The notes: a model not told the origin generated them from the letters alone. Counted from the stretch's first letter, positions 23,371 to 36,708 are shown. The stretch: DNA of 64,000 bases from Octopus bimaculoides (GCF_001194135.2 NC_068984.1:74927234-74991233), one strand, 5' to 3'. Numbers and translations: made by a program.

Positions 23371-23404
<34 letters not shown>

Positions 23405-23414
23405 NNNNNNNNNN

Positions 23415-23451
<37 letters not shown>

Positions 23452-23860
23452 GCCTTTCAGAGAAATGTACCCTGGATAACAGAAGTTGTAGAGAAAAAGG
23501 AAAACATAAACCTAGCAACAATTGTTAACAAATCTCCAAAGAAAGGGAAGATAATTTCAAAATATAATTTATTTCACAGAAAATTTACTTTTCATGCTTC
23601 TGTGTAGAAAGATAATATCGATATTTCTTGCAGGATTTCATAATAGAAAGAGCAAACATAAAAAAAAATTATAACGGTGCATATATTTTAAACATCATAT
23701 ATTGTAATTCATGTATTATAATGAAAGAAGGATTCAGTCTACAAAATTTTAACACTATCCGTAATATATGATTAGGGAAGGGGTAAAATGCAAATTCAAT
23801 ACGTGCGTATGTGTGGGTATGCATAAAAATGTGTATGAATATATGCATATTTACCCATGG

Positions 23861-24240
23861 TGGAGGTGCAATGGCCCTGTGGTTAGGGCAGCGGACTCGC
23901 GGTCAGAGGATCGCAGTTTCGATTCCTAGACCCGGGTGTTGTGAGTGTTCAATGAGCGAAAACTCTTAAAGCTCCACGAAGCTTTGGCAGCGGGTGGTGG
24001 CGGACCCTGCTGTACTCTTTCACCACAACTTTCTTTCACTCTCTCTTCCTGTTTCTGTTGTACCTGTATTTCAAAGGGCCAGCCTTGCCACACTGTGTCA
24101 CGCTGAATCTCACCGAGAACTACGTTAAGAGTACACGTGTCTGTGGAGTGCTCAGCCACTTGCACGTTAATTTCACGAGCAGGCTGTTCCGTTGATCGGA
24201 TCAGCTGGGACCCTCGTTATCGTAACCGACAGGGTGCCGT
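23861..24240 (+). mobile_element. SINE family B copy
   Basis: Highly similar to 17891-18250. Confidence 0.85.
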
Positions 24241-24881
24241 AGTATTTACCTATATTTGTGGATATATAATACATATATGCACATATATGTAAGTGCATAT
24301 TTATATAATATATATATATATAGATAGATAGATAGATAGATAGATATGCAGGGCAGAGAATCGTCAATTAGTAATAAAATTAATAATTAACAATTTTGCC
24401 GGGTAGCTCAGTATGAAAAAACCTTTTCGGTAAAATCATTTATAATCATAAATATATAGGGATTGACAGTAACCTGCTTCTCCAACATACTGAGAATTCA
24501 GAAATAGCAGCCAAAGAACTACTGATTCCAAAACTACAAATTATTACTCTAAATTGATAGCGATATTTATGATACACACAGAACAAAAAACAGTAGAGAA
24601 GAGTAAAAAAACCACTTGCCTTTAGTTAATTTAGTACGNNNNNNNNNNNNNNNNNNNNNNNNNNNNNNNNNNNNNNNNNNNNNNNNNNNNNNNNNNNNNN
24701 NNNNNNNNNNNNNNNNNNNNNNNNNNNNNNNNNNNNNNNNNNNNNNNNNNNNNNNNNNNNNNNNNNNNNNNNNNNNNNNNNNNNNNNNNNNNNNNNNNNN
24801 NNNNNNNNNNNNNNNNTATATATATATATATGCATGTATGTGTGAATACTTCTCTGTTTTGATTTTATTTTGTTTGTACAG

Positions 24882-24922
24882 CACAAGAACCTGAATTCAA
24901 CCTAAGGAATTCAACCGGATAA
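24882..24922 (+). CDS. Candidate terminal coding exon of the micro-exon gene (QEPEFNLRNSTG*)
   Basis: TTTGATTTTATTTTGTTTGTACAG acceptor; the phase-1 reading reaches TAA at 24920-24922; no strong donor follows. Confidence 0.45.
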
Positions 24923-26979
24923 CCAAGTAGCTTAACACACACACATAAACACACACAAAACCTACCCTGGCGAACACATACTGATAAACGCACAGATGAT
25001 GCTCAGAGCAGTCACTCGAACTGTTTCGAATTACAAAGAATTCTCCCTCAAGCTGTCCATGCTACAGTATTTTCTTTTAATGAAAAATACATGGTACAAC
25101 GGAGTGCCTATATACAAATTTGACTAGATTGCCTCAAATTGAATGTTTTTTTTTTATGATTGCTCTGCTCGTTCAGAGTCACGATGGTGCCAATCAGTAA
25201 TAGCTGTAAGAGCTACCACGCGATAGAAGCGCAGTAATAGTTCTCTCAAATCATACTCATACCGCCATTGTACAGGATGCATTAAAGAATGTAGTGTTCG
25301 ATATACGAAGCGGTGGATAATCACAACTGGTCGGCTTTCATCATAGATCTACCCATGCTTAAAATAATCAGCCAAATTTCCTTCAAGTGATACATTCAGC
25401 CGTCAGGAAACAGAAAGGACATACATTGTATAACATTGTCCCTGATTTACAAAAAACGGGATGGTCATGCTTAGAATGCTTTCTATCATAGGTCTGCTCG
25501 ATCCGAGATAATCTGGGACTAAGCCAACAATAGTATCTCTATATTGCAGCTGAACCTGATAAAAAAATATTTGCCATATCTCTCTCAACTCATACACAGT
25601 ATTTTCAATATATAGATAGTGTAAATAATTACTCTGTAACTGTGAAACAGTATTGATTGCGAGAAATATATGGAATCAACACATGAGATTATCAGAGATT
25701 ATAATGGCGAGCACTTCATTAAAGCTAATATAAATGGCATTAGCCATAGTGTTGCTATGGTGAGAAATTGTAATGTCCTCGTTTTGCGGTTGGAGGCTCT
25801 GATATTGCCATCTTATTGCATTTGCGGGAGACAGCAACAGTAATTTATAAATATTAACAGTTCTCTTTTATTTTCTACCTACAACTAGAAGAATAGACCT
25901 CCACTAGTCTATTATTCTGGTGGTAATTGTGATTAAGCAGAACATTTACTTATAAAATAATTATATAAGTACAAGTTTTAATGATAGGGTAACCCATACA
26001 GACAAATGTAAAAATTTTCTTGAAATATAACATTGATAAAAACTGGTCTGAGTTGAACGTATTGTAGAAGTTATTATGCATGTTTTTGAAATGATGTTCT
26101 TTTAGCGATGTGATATATGGTGCAGTGTGATTAAAGCCCTGGTAATATCATATCTTCGGATTTAATAAGAGACAGGATAGAGAACATCAAGAAATATGAA
26201 GACAAGTTAAAGTTGACAGCAACATTTATTCCGACGCCAAAAGGAATTACAGCAAACTGGTATTACATGAATAAATCTATCAATTAAAATACAATTTCAA
26301 AGTGCTTCTTGAAAGTGAATGTTCGAAAAACACAAAGCATAGCGTCAAGGAATCCTGCTACAATTCTCTCCTCTCTGACTAAACTCAAAAGACCATTCTT
26401 ATTTATAGCTATCTGTTGGCTAAAACAGACCACATTTTAGCCATGGTGAGAAAAGGTTTGATTGAGTGACTTAAAACATCCAATCAGTACGCACAGGAGT
26501 GGTCGTGTTCCCACTCACAGTAAAAGGCCTTGCTGGATCCAAAAAGGACTATTTAAGGCTAAACAACCAAAAATTGAACATCTCTCATCGCTACATTCTT
26601 TTGAGTCTGCACTAGAGTCTAGACACTTTTGAGTCTTTTGTTACCAGAAAATGTTGCTGAAATAGAATTAAAAGAAATGTGCACACACTGTAGAGAAATT
26701 GGTGGAATCAAGATACGAGAAATCGATATCTTGTTCAGCTGAAAGGTGTCTTGTCACAGTCGAGCTGAAGCGAAACACGACTGATTCCGTTAAAACGGCT
26801 GAAAACGGCCAAAATAACCTAGTCGTATTTAAATAGGGATTTTAATGTAAGTACATTCGTGAAAAAACGTGATTTCACTGCGTTAGCAATTGAGTTACAG
26901 TATCCGACATTATTTGGTATGATATCTAACCTTTGAAGTTTTAGAGATTTTTCTACATCGCTGTTTTGAAAATTTATAA

Positions 26980-29095
26980 TACTGACGGATAACTGATATG
27001 TGGTGAATCAGATTTTGACGGATTTTCGCCCGAAGATATTGAAAAATTAAACAGAATATTTAGCGAACACAAAAACTGCCTGGTGTGTGAAAATGAATCG
27101 GATATTTTTATTCCGAAAAGTGAAAGTGATTCGGACGATAATTCAGACAGTGACAAAGAAAATGTATTTGTACCTGATTGGGACAAAAGTTTGAAAACCG
27201 TTTTTCTTACTGATTTTTCTGAAGACTGGACCTAGTCACAGACAAAACCATTAGACTATTTTTTTTACCTCCAGTTTATTCGAAGCAATTACTGCGGAAA
27301 CTGATCGCTACGCAGAATATAAACAATGTGATAAAAAAAATTAAAAAAACCGTTTGTGTTCTCCGACACACTTAGATGAAATCCAAGAATTCTTTTCGCA
27401 AACATCGGAGCGCGAAGCGCTCCACACGAACGTGCGTTCGTGAGATGGTTGTGATCTGTAAACAGTTTAGTGTGGGAATCGGAAAAAGTATGAACACGCA
27501 ATGCGCATGTGCACACTGAATTTATAGAACGGAAGAGAAGAATAAAAACGCAATGTCTAACAAGTTATATGACGGTCTGCATGTCACATTTGACGCCACT
27601 GTCACGCAGCACTGTAACAATTTTCTTGTTTGCTATCAATAATGTAATGGGAGTAAGATTGTTACTCAGAATAATGAACATTTTGGAGACCAATAGGTTT
27701 CCAGTATCATGACACAGACAATTTTTTTTTAATTATCACGATACCTGCATGTAAGAGACACTAGCAGTACACTAGTACAAAGAGAAAATGGCACCCCATT
27801 TGTGCTCCTCGGTTATGACAAGTACATGGGTGGTGTAGATCAGCTGAATCAGATGATGAGCTATCAGCCGAGTAATAGACGTTGGCAGTACCTGGTTTGG
27901 CTTATAGTAAATGAGCATCAAATCAGGAGAGGTGCGAAAGCAATGCGACCATCTGTAGTTCCGAGCAGATGAAGCATCGCAGTTGAGAGCTGGTTTTTCT
28001 TCCAAAAAATGGTTGTTAGGAGAAAACCTAAAGCCTGCCAGAGGGATATCCCTCTGAATTCAGCCGACCTCCATAAATTAGAGAAAATTGAGAGTCGCAA
28101 AAACAGTGCCGTGAAAGTCTTCGTTAAAAAAAGAAAAGTTCCCAGTGGACGGGTCCTTGAAACAAGTTCACAATGTGCATTCTGCAAACTTTCATTATGT
28201 GAAGTTGGGTGCTTTACAAGTTACCATCATAGAAATATTATTATTAAGGCGGCGAGCTGGCAGAAACGTTAGCACGCCGGGCGAAATGCGTTGCGTATTT
28301 CGTCTGCCGTTACGTTCTGAGTTCAAATTCCGCCGAGGTAGACTTTGCCTTTCATCCTTTCGGGGTCGATAAATTAAGTACCAGTTACGCACTGGGGTCG
28401 ATGTAATCGACTTAATCCCTTTGTCTGTCCTTGTTTGTCCCCTCTATGTTTAGCCCCTTGTGGGCAATAAAGAAATAAGAAATATTGTGTGATTTATATA
28501 CATACTATTTGATTTTCTTAAAATTTACCTCTTCTTTCTTATTTACCTGTAATGTGAATGACAAATTTTGATCAGTTTATATTATGAATCATTATTATAT
28601 ATGTTTTTGCGCATTTATGTATGTGTATAGGTTTATTTTATTAAGTTACTGGTAAGCGTGTTTCCTTTTCTAGTTAACTTCAAACATAAATTCCAGTATT
28701 TCATTCTATTTTTACTTTTATTACTATACCTGTCTTACATGGATTTAAGTTCAAATGATAATTCAATAACGTGCACAATTCATCGATTTTAAAATTTTGT
28801 TGTATACCCATTTGAATATTAGCTAGTAACTCATTTTCTTTGATGTTTAAACAAAATTGAAATAATTTTGTATGTAGTTGAATTTACCAGTAATTACGAG
28901 TCGTTTTGAGACAAACATTATGCAATAAATTTAAGAACCTCTTGTTAATTTGTGTTCCAAAAATCACAATAATATGTTGATGAATAAAAAAAGTAAAAAT
29001 TGTGGTATGAAACCAGTCGAAATTCACGATTATATTAGAATTTAATTGAAACACATAAAAGGTGTATTTTGATTAGAAATATAGTAGCGAAAGGG
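26980..29095 (+). mobile_element. Internally deleted piggyBac-like transposon remnant
   Basis: Acidic N-terminus (SDFDGFSPEDIE...SESDSDDNSDSD), PLDYFF...ITAETDRYAE, YDKYMGGVDQLNQMMSY, and a C-terminal Cys-rich domain (ETSSQCAFCKLSLCEVGCFTSYH). Possible right end TAGTAGCGAAAGGG|CTAA at 29082-29099; left end not resolved. Confidence 0.75.
28248..28482 (+). mobile_element. Young full-length SINE family A (OK-like)
   Basis: GGCGGCGAGCTGGCAGAAACGTTAGCACGCCGGGCG...GAGTTCAAATTCC (B box)...GCCTTTCATCCTTTCGGGGTCGATAAATTAAGTACC...GCAATAAAGAAATAAGAA; AGAAATATT occurs on both sides. More than 20 related copies are spread across the window. Confidence 0.9.
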
Positions 29096-29964
29096 CTAAT
29101 ATATCACTGCACGGTTGAGAAGAACCATTCTGATATGGGCCCACTAAACTGATGATAAACAATGGACAAATATAACTTCATCTGGTTGCATGAGAGTCGC
29201 TACACGTTTTTTGGTGCTGTTGTAGATGTTTTTCTTATATAATCAAAAAAGATGGAGAGAGGTTATCTTAAAGTTTTGCACGATGGATGATGATCGTTGA
29301 GTGCAAGATATAAAATTGAGTTTAAGGTGAATTTTCCATTGTAATTTGTCTGGTGAGATAAACATTTCAATTCTTTATAATTCGATTTGATTTTTTCGTT
29401 CCAGAACGACTGAAACAATTGAGAAAACTTCTGAAATAGCAGGAATATGTGAATGTCTATGTATACACAATCACACAAACCAGAAGGCCAAATCTTTTGC
29501 AATAGAGTGCCGACAAGCTGAAGTGTACGAAATTAAATAATTGACAAGTGAAACAAGTGAAATCCTAAATATATAATCGATAACATTAAATTTATTAAAA
29601 ATTAGAATTTACCAGGAAGCAATAATCAATCAGAACTGATACCTGATATTCTTTTGTTAATTTCTAATCCTTTCATATAAACTGAAATAAACTAATGCGC
29701 CATTAATGAAAAGCAATACCTTTCTAGTTTGTTATGTTGGTTTGTTGTTCCAAAATTTTGATTATTTTCTATGTTCCAGAGTCATAAGTGACCATGTTCA
29801 TAGAGACGTTAAAGTAGAGGCCATAAAATTTGTAGATATTAGTCGTTTACATATTACCTGTAATTATACAGGATGTCTCATAATAATGGGACACATTTTA
29901 AATGAAAGTAACTGGGACAAGAACAATCACAGGCGAGTGCACAATGATCTTGTGTATTACAAAG

Positions 29965-30290
29965 TGTGTGCAGGCATGATGTGTGGTAAGAAGTTTGCTT
30001 CGAAACCACATAGTTCTAGGTTCAGTCCCACTGCGTGGCACCTTGGGCAAGTATTTTCTACTATAGCTTTGGTCCGACCAAAGTCTTGTGAGTGGATTTG
30101 GTAAACAGAAACTCTGTGCATGCACATGTATTTGTCCCCCACCACTGCTTAACAACAGGTGTTCGTGTGTTTATGTCCTGTAACTTAGCGGTTCAGCAAA
30201 AAACTGACAATAAATACCAAGCTTTACAAAGAAATAAATACTGGTGTTGATTCATTTGACATAAATTCTTCAAGGTGGTGCCCCCGATTA
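29965..30290 (+). mobile_element. SINE family C copy
   Basis: GTGTGGTAAGAAGTTTGCTT...GGTTCAGTCCCACTGCGTGGCACCTTGGGCAAGT...CCGACCAAAG. Confidence 0.8.
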
Positions 30291-31717
30291 TCATTACCAG
30301 AATCCTGTATTGACACTTGTTTCATTTAAATCTAGTTTTTAAAATCATAGCTCTAAGTTTTACATTTCAAAGCAGCTTTTGAGCATTAGGCCCCATGGAG
30401 GCAATGTGGCCGATGTTGATGTCGCGTGACTAGCACCCGTGCCCATGACATATAAAAAGCACCTTTTGAGCGTTGAGCCTCACGGAGGCAATAATAAATG
30501 ACTGAAACCTTCGGCAACATGCCGTGCTTGAGTAGAAAACCCATCAAGCCAAGTGAAATCGTAGTCGTGGCAGATACTGGTTTCACGCAGCTGGTACCCA
30601 TACCGGTGGCACGTAAACACGCCCACTACACTGTCGGGGTGGTTGGCATTAGGAAGGGTATCCAGCTGTAGAAAACATACCAAATGAGACTGCAGTCTGG
30701 TGCAGCCCCTCAGTATGTCAGCCCTGGTCAAACCGTCCAGCCCATGCCAGCATGGACAACAGATGTTAAAAGATGATGATGACAGTGATATTTGATTGGT
30801 TGCTCAATAAAAATTCATTAGAGAATTTCTTCATTATTTTCCACAGAATTGTGAAATTTATTTTACATATTCCATACCATGAGTAAAAAAAAAACATGAG
30901 TGATAAAAAATATCCATGTTTTTGACATATTCTACAGAATATATGAAATAAGCCATATGCTTCAGGATATGGTAATGAACAGATAGAAATGTAATGGGTT
31001 TTGTAATGGATTTTTTGAGCCACCAATTATGTTTTGAGGTATAATGTTCTGTGAAAATATGCATGGTCATTGTGCTGTTCATGTTTAAAAGACTAGGGAA
31101 AATACTGTCTTGTCTGGAAATATGAGTCTGTGACAGGAAAGACATTCAGCTCTGGAAAATCTGCTAAACGAATTTCGTGCATTCATGGAAAAGTGGATGT
31201 TAAAACCATTTGTGGTGATGAGGAAGATGGTGATACGTATGTGTGGTTAAGATGATCTCTTTGTAACCAAATAATTTCACGATCAGTGTCACTGCACAAT
31301 ACATTAGGCAAATGTCTTCTAATAGAGCACCATGCCAATCAATGGCTTGTAAATGAATTTCATAGACAGAAACTGTAAGGAAGCCCATCAGATATATATA
31401 TATATATATATATATANNNNNNNNNNNNNNNNNNNNNNNNNNNNNNNNNNNNNNNNNNNNNNNNNNNNNNNNNNNNNNNNNNNNNNNNNNNNNTGTGTGT
31501 GTGTGTGTGTGTGTCTTGTGTTCACGTATTGACAACTGGCGTTGGTTTGTTTCTGTTCCCATAACTGCTTCAGCAAAAAAAATAAATAAACAGACTTGAA
31601 ATATGTATAGACATGAATTTGATCAACTAAACCCTTGAAGGAAGTGCCCCAGCATGGCCACAATCCTATGACTGAAACCAGTAATATATATGTACACTTG
31701 AAACACACACAAACATG

Positions 31718-31749
<32 letters not shown>

Positions 31750-33312
31750 CATTTATAGGATGGCCAAAAGTCACGCACCAAAACATTTGACATTTTATTT
31801 ATATTAAGTCTTTATTATTATTCATTTTCTTCATCATATACAAGTACATGTGTATTTATCATTATTTAATTTTAGGAAAATTGCAGCATGTCTTTGACAA
31901 TTCCTGAACATACTGAACTTATTTTGTACTTGACTTTTGACCCACCCTGTGTACATCACAGAAAATTAAGTTTTAACAATTAACATAAACATTAAAACAA
32001 ATCTTTTCCTCATAAAGATAATTTAGTAATTAAATACCAATACTACTTTTTGCTGTTAACTATAATAAATGAAGATAAAAAATGCATTTGGTAAATTTTT
32101 TCTTTAAATTTATTACATATTATTATATAATCTTACATTGGCACAAGACCACAGTTTTGTTAAGGAGGGTGTATCATTGACTGAAATGGTCCCAGTTTAA
32201 GACTGGTACCTATTTTATAGACCCTGGAGGAATGAAAAACAAAGTTAGTTTTGGCAGGATTAGAACTCAGAGTGTAAGAGAGACAAAACTAAATACTGCC
32301 TGGCATTTAGTCCAAGACTACCATTTCTGTCACTCCATCATTTGCAACATTATCTGGCTCTATTTAAAATTAGTCAATGTGTAAGTAAAAATATTACATT
32401 TTGTCATTGAATTATCAGCATGCAGCCTAATATTAGAGTCTTGAATAAATGAAAAGCAGCTTTTTTTGTGACCCCTACATCAGTCCCTTGTCTTCCTGCT
32501 ACTGCCCCTTGCCTTCTTCCCCCAAGTTCTTAACACTCCAACATTCATGGTTAGTACAGCTGGTCATTGTCGTATTCATTATCAGGCTAGGAAATTTCTT
32601 GTTGTTAATTTAACTACCACAGTCAATCCATCATTACACTCTCAAAGCATTGTGGGTAGTCATGCTTCTTATGCCGCCCATAAGAAGCATGACTGCCCAC
32701 ATTTATTCTATTATCATTATGTCGAATTAACCACAAGGGCCATTCTAGCTTTCCTCATCTTTATAATAATCATCAGTCTGTGTTTTCTTTCTCTCGTTCT
32801 GACTCGTATGATGAGATTAGTTCATTATTGTCATTCTGATGACTATGGTCAATCTAGTCAGTCATACCAATTTCCATAATTCTATATGACATGACATTGC
32901 TATTATATTGTTACTTTAGGTCAGCTTATATTGTCATCTTTCTTCTTATATCACCTATATTGCTTTTATTCTGTTCTCTTATAGTCAGTTCATCTTCTTG
33001 CTGTCACTATTCAGTCTCTTTGCATTTGGCCAGATTAAAATGTGACCAAATCTCACTCTCTTTTGGACAATCATAGTGTGTGATTTGTCATCTAGATCCT
33101 TCTGTTTTGATCTGTCAAAATTTGCAGCAATATTCAAGCCTTTTTTAATTTCATAGGTTCAAATATTGCAATATTATTCAGATTCTTTAATTCCATAAGG
33201 TCAAATACTTTCAATCCTATTCCGAACACTTTCACTTCTATTGAATCAAAGTTTGAAACTGTATTCAGTTTCTTCTTTTCTGACCAGCCCAACCAGCCAC
33301 TGTAGCTGTTGG

Positions 33313-33495
33313 TCAGCTCCTACCAGCCACTCTAGCTGCTTGACTCTGCATCAGTTTTTGGAGTTTAGCAAGATTATCTTTGGTCATGGCATCATTTGGT
33401 TTCAGTCGTAAAGCCTCCTTGTAGCTCTTTTCCGCTTCTTCTAATTTACCATTGAGATGTAAGATGGCACCAAGGTTCATGTGAGCTGTGGCAAC
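33313..33495 (-). CDS. TMTC2: TMTC2 terminal coding exon (VATAHMNLGAILHLNGKLEEAEKSYKEALRLKPND...VAGRS*)
   Basis: TTTTCTTCTTTTCTACAG acceptor, phase 0 to stop. As I recall, the TPR sequence closely matches vertebrate TMTC2 (MNLGAILHLNGRLQKAEANYLRALQLKPDD). Confidence 0.92.
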   Translation of the reverse strand, partial: VATAHMNLGAILHLNGKLEEAEKSYKEALRLKPNDAMTKDNLAKLQKLMQSQAARVAGRS

Positions 33496-34052
33496 CTGTA
33501 GAAAAGAAGAAAAATTAATTTTTATTGCAGCCAATTCAATGTCAGAGTAAACAGTATGGTGCTAAAATAGGTAGAGGCAGAATGCATCTATTTGACAAAT
33601 CATCATCACCATCATCATTTAACGTCCACCTTCTATGCTGGCATGAGTTGGGCAGTTTGACAGGAGCTGACCCAGCAGAAGACCCACACCATGCTTCTGT
33701 ATCTGTTTTGGCATAGTTTTTATGGTTGGATGCCCTTCCTAACACCAACCGCTCTGCAGAGTGAACTGAATGCTTCTTACATGGCACCAGCACAGACAAG
33801 ATACGTTTTGGCATGGTTTTTACAGCTGGACACCCTTCCAAATGCCAACCACTTCACAGAGTGGATGCTTTTTGAAAAATCATCTAGATGACTAAGATAG
33901 CCTCTACAAAGTCACTCAAGCTCCCAAATGTAGCTGGTAGCTCAACTATCTTTAGAAACAAAAAGCAGGACAACATAATGGATAGTGTACCATGTGCCTG
34001 AATAAGAATTGTAAGTCACAGCTGGAGTACCTTCGATCATGGGTTGACTTAA

Positions 34053-34269
34053 TCCATTAGCATTTGAAGTGACGATCCAGCCAAGATAATCTATCACTTT
34101 TATATTCAAATCGGCCATATCCAGCCTCTCAAACCTACCCTACAATGCTATTTTAAAAATAAACAATCACAGCCTTGAAATTCAAAGCTATGAGATAATA
34201 TATGATTAATTCAAAATAATGTCAGTAAATATGCATTACATTAGACAAACTAATCTGAAATGCTACAGG
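34053..34269. mobile_element. TTAA-type (piggyBac-like) MITE, degraded
   Basis: Left TTAA|TCCATTAGCATT and right AATGCTACAGG|TGAA form imperfect terminal inverted repeats around an AT-rich interior. Confidence 0.5.
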
Positions 34270-34799
34270 TGAAGCCATCCTTAGTGGAATTTGAACTCAG
34301 AACATTAAGACAAAATGCCACTAAGCATTTTGCTTGGAGTGCTAATGATTCTGCCAGCTTGTCACCTTAACAACAACAATAATAATGCTTTCTGATTTTG
34401 GCAAAATGCCAGTAATTTTAAGGGGAGTGGTTAAATCGACCCCAGTACTTGACTGATGCTGTATTTTATCAACCTTGAAAAGATGAAAGACAAAATTTAC
34501 CTCGGTACTATTTGAACTCAAAACATAAAGAATCAGAAGAAATGCTGTTAAGCCTTTTATGTGATTCTTTAATGATTTTGCCACCTCACTGCCCTTTTAT
34601 CCCATGCAGTAATTATGGACACAGTATATAATATAGCCTTAGGTTCTCTGAATATAGGAGGGTTACAGCCAGAATGTTTTTGATCAAAGGTCTGCTTGAT
34701 TTGATCAGGGTTGAGCTGGGAAACAGAACCGAGCTGGTACTCAACAACAATGTTCATCCCCAAATTCCCAAATGAAAGGAGGACTAAACAGTTCCTTAC

Positions 34800-34863
34800 C
34801 TGAGGATTCAGTTGTGCAGCCCTTTGGTAAAAATCTTCAGCTTCAGTGTAGTTACCAGATTGT
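34800..34863 (-). CDS. TMTC2: TMTC2 exon (QSGNYTEAEDFYQRAAQLNPQ; 64 nt, phase 2 to 0)
   Basis: TCTTTCCTTTCCAG acceptor, GTAAGG donor; TPR helix; phases fit both neighbours. Confidence 0.9.
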
Positions 34864-36177
34864 CTGGAAAGGAAAGACATCGATATTTAAGATGTATGAT
34901 TTAGGCTGCTAATCTCATATTATGAACGAAAAACATGGATGTGTGGTTAAGAAAATTGCTTTGAAACTAGGTGATTTTGGGTTCAGTCCATTGCATGTCA
35001 CTTTGAGCAAGTATTTTGTAGTATTGCACAGGGCTGTAGTTTGGTTTGTGAATGAATTTGGTAGACATAAACTGGAGGAGATGCATCATACATATATATA
35101 TATATATCTCATGTGATCACATGACCTACAAAACTATCAGATGCTGTTACACACTGCTAGTCACAAGGCACTTTGCATTGTTTTAGCCTTTTAATAATGC
35201 CACCGAGCTGGCTAGGTGAGCAGGCCAACATTCCCCACTTGATCGAAAGGGGGACTGGAGCAATGTGAAATGAAGTGTTATGCTCAAGAGCGATATGTAT
35301 GTGTGTGTGTGTGTGTGTGTGCACAGGTATCTGAAAATGTAAGTCTCGGCTCTTTGTCATTGCCTAAGAGGAACAGAGATAACATTTACATTCATTGTGC
35401 TATCAAAGACTGTGGAATAAAAAAAAGGTAAGAATTGGCAACAGGAAGAGCTTCCAGTATCTAACAAGCACTATTCTTAGTCATGCTAGCAAGGGAAAAT
35501 GGACATCAAACCAAGGAATGAATATATTTGTTTACTTTGGATTGTGTTTTGGGGGCATTGAAGAATTTGAAATATCTTGAAGAAGTTGCTCAGTTGCAAT
35601 TATAACTCTGTGCGTGTGTGTGTGTGTGTGTGCACGCGAGAGAGAGAGAGAGAGAGAGAGAGTGAGAGAGAGAGTGAGAGAGAGAGAGAGTCTGTGGGGC
35701 AGATGCCAAAAATGATATATACATGTATGTATTTGTGTACACACATACACACACATACATCATCAGCATCATTATCACCATCGTTTGATGTTCGCCTTCC
35801 ATGCTAGCATGGGTGGGACACACACACATATAATACGGATCAAATGCACACACACACACACATAGAGTATTTACTGACAGTAAGCCACAGCATATGTAGA
35901 TCCAACCAGAGCCCCAAGACCCATGAAGTCCCAGGCAAATCACTGCATTGGACCCTATATATTCTCTTCATTGACAGCAAGCCAACCCATATAGAGATCA
36001 GATTTGGGCCCCTAGACTTGCGAAGCTTCTAGGCAACTGCCCAGTGCGTCTATACCTTAAGATGGCACTGCATATTCTAAAAGAAAAAGGGAAGATATCA
36101 GTTAATTGGTATTACGTTAAGATACCACCAAAAGAGTTATCTAACTTTGATCCATGAAATCATGTTAATCCACTTAC

Positions 36178-36292
36178 CTCAAAGCATTGGCTGTGTTAAA
36201 GACAAGTTCAAAGTCATCACTATTCGTTTCAAGCACCTGTTTGTAGACAAGAACTGAGTCAGCATGCCGGCCAGATTCACCCAGGAACTGAG
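36178..36292 (-). CDS. TMTC2: TMTC2 exon (QFLGESGRHADSVLVYKQVLETNSDDFELVFNTANAL; 115 nt, phase 1 to 2); absent from the ORF track
   Basis: TTGTCTTTCAG acceptor, GTAAGT donor; matches the recalled TMTC2 segment GQFL...FDVVFNAAHMLR. Confidence 0.9.
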
Positions 36293-36659
36293 CTGAAAGA
36301 CAAAAGGAATTACACCCTTAGTGTAAAATGACAAAGCAAAACATAATAATAATCCTTTCTACTAAAGGCAGGCACAAGGCCTGAAATTTGGGGGAGGGGA
36401 CTAGTCGATTACATCGACCCCAGTGTTTCACTGATACTTAATTTATTGACCCTGAAAGGATGAAAGGCAAAGTTGACCTCAGTGGAATTTGAACTCAGAA
36501 CGTAGCAATAGGCAAGATACTGCTAAACATTTTGTCTAGTGCGCTAACGATTCTGTCAGCTCGTTGCCTTATAACGATTTCAAATTTTGCCACAAGGGCA
36601 GCAATTTGGAGAAAGGGGATGAGTCGATTCACTGCTCTGAATAATATTTAATTCTTAAA

Positions 36660-36660
36660 A

Positions 36661-36708
<48 letters not shown>

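Noticed and set aside
25640-26400. Possible degraded non-LTR endonuclease region
   Set aside because: Only vague motif resemblance.
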